A program made the position numbers and the translations under genes. The notes under the pieces were generated by a model. That model was not told the origin of the DNA. It saw only the letters and a program-made list of their open reading frames with translations, and did no database searches. A stretch of DNA of 63,261 bases, filler included, from Candidatus Woesearchaeota archaeon (GTDB lineage Archaea > Nanobdellota > Nanobdellia > Woesearchaeales > B72-G16), in NCBI GenBank assembly GCA_003650545.1. It is 3 parts of 3 records of this genome, joined end to end, with 100 filler letters (N's around TTAATTAATTAA, not from the genome) between each part and the next. Parts side by side here need not be neighbours in the genome. Positions count along the whole stretch, not along the records: positions 53,414 to 63,261 come from QMQO01000038.1; 2 more parts are not named here. One strand, given 5' to 3'. The stretch's first letter is position 1. Each line of letters opens with the position of its first letter. Shown here in pieces: positions 59,401 through 63,261 of this stretch.

Positions 59401-62305
59401 TTGCCTGCGGGGTTAAATTATTCTCTGCTTCATTGAAAGCCACGTCTATTTTATTAATTGCCCCCTGATTATGTTCATTTAACTCATTACCTACAAATTC
59501 CTCAACCTGGCCTATCACTTCTTCGGAAAGATTCTCATTAATCCACTCATTAACTAAAATCTGCTCTTCTTCACTTAAAGGTTCTCCTTGCGGAGCAGCA
59601 AATAACTCATCTTTATTCTGCTGGATATAAGTTACTAGTTCTTCCAGGCTATCTGCATCTAATTTGCCGTGCAGTAATTCATTTTTATGGTGTGCGTCCC
59701 AAAGCGAATAACCAGAATAACCGGCTAATGCTATGCCAATTACTACAAGGGCGATTATTATCGGAAGGACCTCTCCCTGTATCTGCTCCAGTTGGCTTGC
59801 AGTTAAAGGAGTGATTCCCTCTGGCTGCCCGGCACAAAGAATAAATCCTTTGCCATCAATTAAGGCAAACTGCTGAGCAAACTCATCCCTGGTTAAATTT
59901 ACTTCATTACCGTTAGTCTCTATAACTACATTGTGTTCGGTAACTTCTTTTATCACAACATAGTGGCCTTCTCCGGCATTGGGTTCGGTATAAGCAATAA
60001 CCGGCTGGTCAAGCCTAGCAATATCTTCTATGCTCACTAGATAACCATTATACTCAAGGCCTGTACCCTGCTCCAAGGCTAAGGCTACTGCAGCCAAAGA
60101 ATTACCTTCTTCTAAATCAAGGCCTAATGCACTATCAACTACATCTAAGAAATTGGCTATATCTGCGCGAGAAACATCCCTTCCCCCTGTTTCGTCAAAC
60201 ATAGTATCCACGGCATTAACCGGGCAGTCCGCAGTATAAGAAGTAAAGCCCATACTTGTCCAATCATTCCATCTAAATTCCCAACCTGAAGAGCCGATCT
60301 CAAAATTACCTACAAAGTCTCCGTTTTTAATATCTGCGGCAGTATAAAATAAAGGGTTATCGTTGTAATCGATTCTTGCTTCATAGCCGTCCTTGCCCAG
60401 GGAAAATTCTAGGTCTACCGGCCCAACCTGCAGCTCTGGGTTAATATTTCCGCCTTCAAAACTAAGTTCTGCGCCTAAGACTACATTGTCGTTCCACTCT
60501 ACATTGGTCCCGTTAGTCAGCCCTACTGAGGTATTAATATCAAGCGCGCCAAGGTCCAAATCAATCTTTAAGCTAAAGTTATCTATACTTATATCTACAT
60601 TAGCGGTTGTGGCTGCTTGAGTAACAGTATCAACCACTGCGGTTGTTGCAGTTGAGACTGCATCAAAGACGTTTCCTGAGGCTGAATTATAGGTTTGAGT
60701 TTCGGCACTGCCGCCAGTAATTGCTTCCGCTACGCTATCAACCACTGCGGTTGCTGCAGTTTCGACAACATTAACCGCTGTATCCACTGCTGTGTCCACC
60801 AAGTCAACCGCTGCATCTACTACACCATCGACAAAACTGCAAATATTTGACCAACCCCAGGAACCGGTTACTGCCTGCGCTTTTGCTTCAGATACACCTA
60901 TACCAATCCCAGATTGAATAGTTAGGGCGTATCCGCTCCAAAGTGCCTCAAATTCCTCTTTTGATGCGGTTTTTGTTACTCCGTTATCTATATAGGTAAC
61001 TTCCTCAGCAGTAGCCTGAGTAACCACTACATAGTGGCCAGCTCCATTTTCCAGGTTTAAATGGACAATTACAGGTCCTTCTATGCTGGCTAATTCCTGA
61101 TAGGTAAGCTCAACTGCGCTCAGGTCTAAGCCATATTCAGCAGCAACCTGCTGAATGCCGTACAGGGAAGTTTCGCCATTTTGGGTATAAATGGCTAAAT
61201 CCTGGGCTAAAATATCCGGGCTTATATTAAGAATTTCTGATAGGGCTAAAACTGCGCAATTATAGTCTAATGTGGGGGGGTCATTATTGTGTAGAGTTAT
61301 GGAATCTATGGCTTGTGGTACAGCAGAATCATCTGTGGATACTCTGCCTGTTTGAGCTTGATTTATGCTTGAATTTTGTTCTGGATTAGCAAGAATAAGG
61401 CCGCTTTCACCTGTATCTTGAGAAGGCGAATCGGTAGGAAGTGCAGCGTGATCGTCATATGGGACCCCCTGCGGAGGGCCTTGGCTAGGTGGCTGCTCCC
61501 AATCTATTTTTGATTTTCCGATAAAGGTCTTAATAAAAGATAAAAGCCGGCTATTTTCCAGCCAGCCTTTAATTGTCTGTAATACAAAATTCCCAATTCC
61601 CGGGTTATTTTCCTGATTTTGGCTATTTTCAGAATTAATTACCCCAAATCTAATTATATGCCTAAAAATATGCTTTAAAGGCGGAATTATCACTTCCAGG
61701 CCGAAAGCCGAAGCCTTAATCTTGTTCTCGCTAGTAGGCTCAGCTTCATCTTGGCCCTCTTGAGCTTGTTCGCTACCTATTGAGTTTGCGCCCGTATTCT
61801 CAGATCTGCGTAACGCAATATTATTTAATTTATTTAATAAAGCTGTTTTTATATCCTGGAGGGTTTCTTGAAAAATCTCTATTATGCTGATATTGGTATT
61901 GGCCTGATTATCTATATTTTGAGCCGTTTGTACCATAATATCCGTATCACAAACCGTATCAATAACTTCGCTATATTCATTATTTTCAACAGGTTCTATT
62001 GAAATAGTATCTTTGATTGACCTGAAAGGTTCTCTATACTGTGGCAAATTGCGGGATTTTTCGTCTAAGATAAGATTTGTTTCAGCATGAGCTGAAGGTA
62101 ATAAAAACGAAGATATAGCTTGATATATTTGCCATAAGAATTGACCTGGACCAGATGAGGCTTGCTGTTGGTAGGTATTGCCTTCATCAGGAAGAGAATA
62201 AGTATAATCAGCCCTGGCTGCCCAAGTTACTTCAGAAAAGGTAAAAACTCCGACAATTGTCAGCGCGATTATTTTGACCCAAATTTTTTCTCGCCAATTA
62301 ACCAT
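53414..62305 (-). CDS. Bacterial giant secreted protein, 3'-truncated at contig end: three C39 peptidase-like domains, membrane helices, SecA-like ATPase
   Basis: SD gagg; signal peptide MVNWREKIWVKIIALTIVGVFTFSEVTWA; three C...GHY units (C350/H424, C694/H781, C2467/H2548); SecA-like DAFQIGGG, NAGKGKT, FADEPQ, GLTATA, QGAQRVG; runs into the N-linker. Confidence 0.88.
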
Positions 62306-62340
62306 TATGCCTCGCGTCTTTTACTCTCCACAATATCTCA

Positions 62341-62377
62341 ATAAAAAAGCCGCGCTACCTCTCTCGGTAACCCGGCT
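62341..62377 (-). terminator. Intrinsic terminator (riboswitch expression platform)
   Basis: agccgggttacc-gagaga-ggtagcgcggct followed by a U-tract on the minus strand; the 5' arm is the aptamer's 3' strand. Confidence 0.8.
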
Positions 62378-62461
62378 CTCCTAAAAAATAAAACCTAATT
62401 TTTCGTCGGATTCGTGGCTTTGCGCCTTCTGCTTCCACAGAATTTGCCTTTATCGGAAAGG
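62358..62461 (-). promoter_or_regulatory. Cyclic di-GMP-I (GEMM) riboswitch
   Basis: Minus strand reads cctttccgataaaGGCAAAttctgtGGAAgcagaaGGCGCAAAGCcacgaatcc...aggagAGCCGGGTTACCgagagagg, matching the GEMM consensus, in the 5' UTR of the giant gene. Confidence 0.88.
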
Positions 62462-62521
62462 TTTGAAAAAACTTTTTTTAATACTTTATAAATGAACTAA
62501 AAAAATTTAAATTGCACTCTA

Positions 62522-62550
62522 AGTATACATAACAAAAAGCTGCTTGTCAA
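62522..62550 (-). promoter_or_regulatory. Sigma70 promoter for riboswitch and giant gene
   Basis: TTGACA-N17-TATACT on the minus strand, ~60 nt upstream of the aptamer. Confidence 0.8.
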
Positions 62551-62589
62551 GGCTAGCAAACTAACTTTTGTTTAGGTTAACAAATCAGA

Positions 62590-62907
62590 TTATATTGAGG
62601 ATTTTTTGGCTTGACGGTATTTGCGCATATAATCGCGCATATAGTGCCGGCGTTGGGTTTTTCGTTTTTTTGCGTATTCTTTGAGGTGCTCTTTATGGGT
62701 CTTTTTCCAAAGCTGAATATAACGGCGCCTAGTCTCTTTCCAGAAGCGCTCCTGGCCTAAATATTTAAAATAACCAGGGTTATTCTTACGCCATTCGCGA
62801 ACATTCTTATGTTGTCTTAATTTTTGGCATTCCAGTCGAGAACAAACCTTTTGTGAAGGATGGTATTTATTCGGGGTGAACTCTCTTTGACAAATTAAGC
62901 AACGCAT
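62590..62907 (-). CDS. Small basic hypothetical protein with CxxC...CxxxxC zinc-binding motif
   Basis: MRCLICQREF...KVCSRLECQK followed by Arg/Lys/Tyr-rich helices. Confidence 0.7.
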   Translation of the reverse strand: MRCLICQREFTPNKYHPSQKVCSRLECQKLRQHKNVREWRKNNPGYFKYLGQERFWKETRRRYIQLWKKTHKEHLKEYAKKRKTQRRHYMRDYMRKYRQAKKSSI

Positions 62908-62913
62908 GTTCTA

Positions 62914-62942
62914 ACTATAACACAAGTAGGCAGTTATGTCAA
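62914..62942 (-). promoter_or_regulatory. Sigma70 promoter, leaderless
   Basis: TTGACA-N17-TATAGT with the -10 box 6 nt before ATG 62907. Confidence 0.72.
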
Positions 62943-63261
62943 GTGATTTAATTTATCTTCGGCTTTGAGCTCTAAAAAAAGCGAAGTCTTGATTACAAGC
63001 TAAGATGAGCTAAAAATTGTAAAATGGCTTTTTTTTGGACAAAACCTAAAAATTATTCCTATTGTATTTTTTGCTTTTTAACTGTTTTTATAGTAAAATT
63101 CTTAAGAGAAACCGTATCAAAGACCGTATCATTTGCCATAACATCTTGTTTTGCAACATGTTACGAAACTCACAAAATTCTTCAGTTTAATACGTTTTTT
63201 TAATATCATAAAATTAATCTCTTGTTGTATGATTTGTTGGCGTGTGCGCGCATGCATGAGA

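Noticed and set aside
63139..63163. Imperfect palindrome taacat...atgtta as a recombination site
   Set aside because: Single short instance near the window edge with no recombinase visible.

Overview
The window is three assembled contigs joined by artificial 100-nt linkers (44 N + TTAATTAATTAA + 44 N at 27627-27726 and 53314-53413). Contigs 1 (1-27626) and 2 (27727-53313) are AT-rich and archaeal, most consistent with a DPANN (Woesearchaeota-like) genome. Evidence: archaeal uS7, type II Map, EndoQ, zinc-hook Rad50, DUF2070, TATA-box promoters, an intron-containing tRNA-Pro(GGG), and a class III (KG|Q) pilin-like signal peptide. Contig 1 holds surface glycoproteins, housekeeping genes, a GT4 + glycogen-debranching pair, a radical SAM/Lrp pair, many local tandem repeats and an unexplained ~100-nt hairpin RNA with an internal SD and 6-codon ORF. 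Contig 2 is an operon: HTH gene, pilin-like gene, then a 7989-aa giant protein. The giant has a signal peptide, a Cys-paired/TPR-like region, Gly/Ala-rich membrane helices and a SecA-like SF2 ATPase, although archaea normally lack SecA. It continues with a multi-pass membrane block, metallophosphoesterase, HExxH, degenerate GGDEF, PP2C, 23 HEAT repeats, a caspase-fold protease and a final HExxE domain. Contig 3 (53414-63261) is bacterial (two sigma70 promoters, c-di-GMP-I riboswitch with terminator; Omnitrophota-like by inference). It encodes a truncated second giant with the same membrane-helix + SecA-like core and three C39 peptidase domains, each followed by a double-glycine-leader-like site. 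The best candidate for a new system is this family of self-translocating, self-processing SecA-motor giant polyproteins shared between an archaeon and a bacterium. All domain calls are from motif reading by eye, not database searches.
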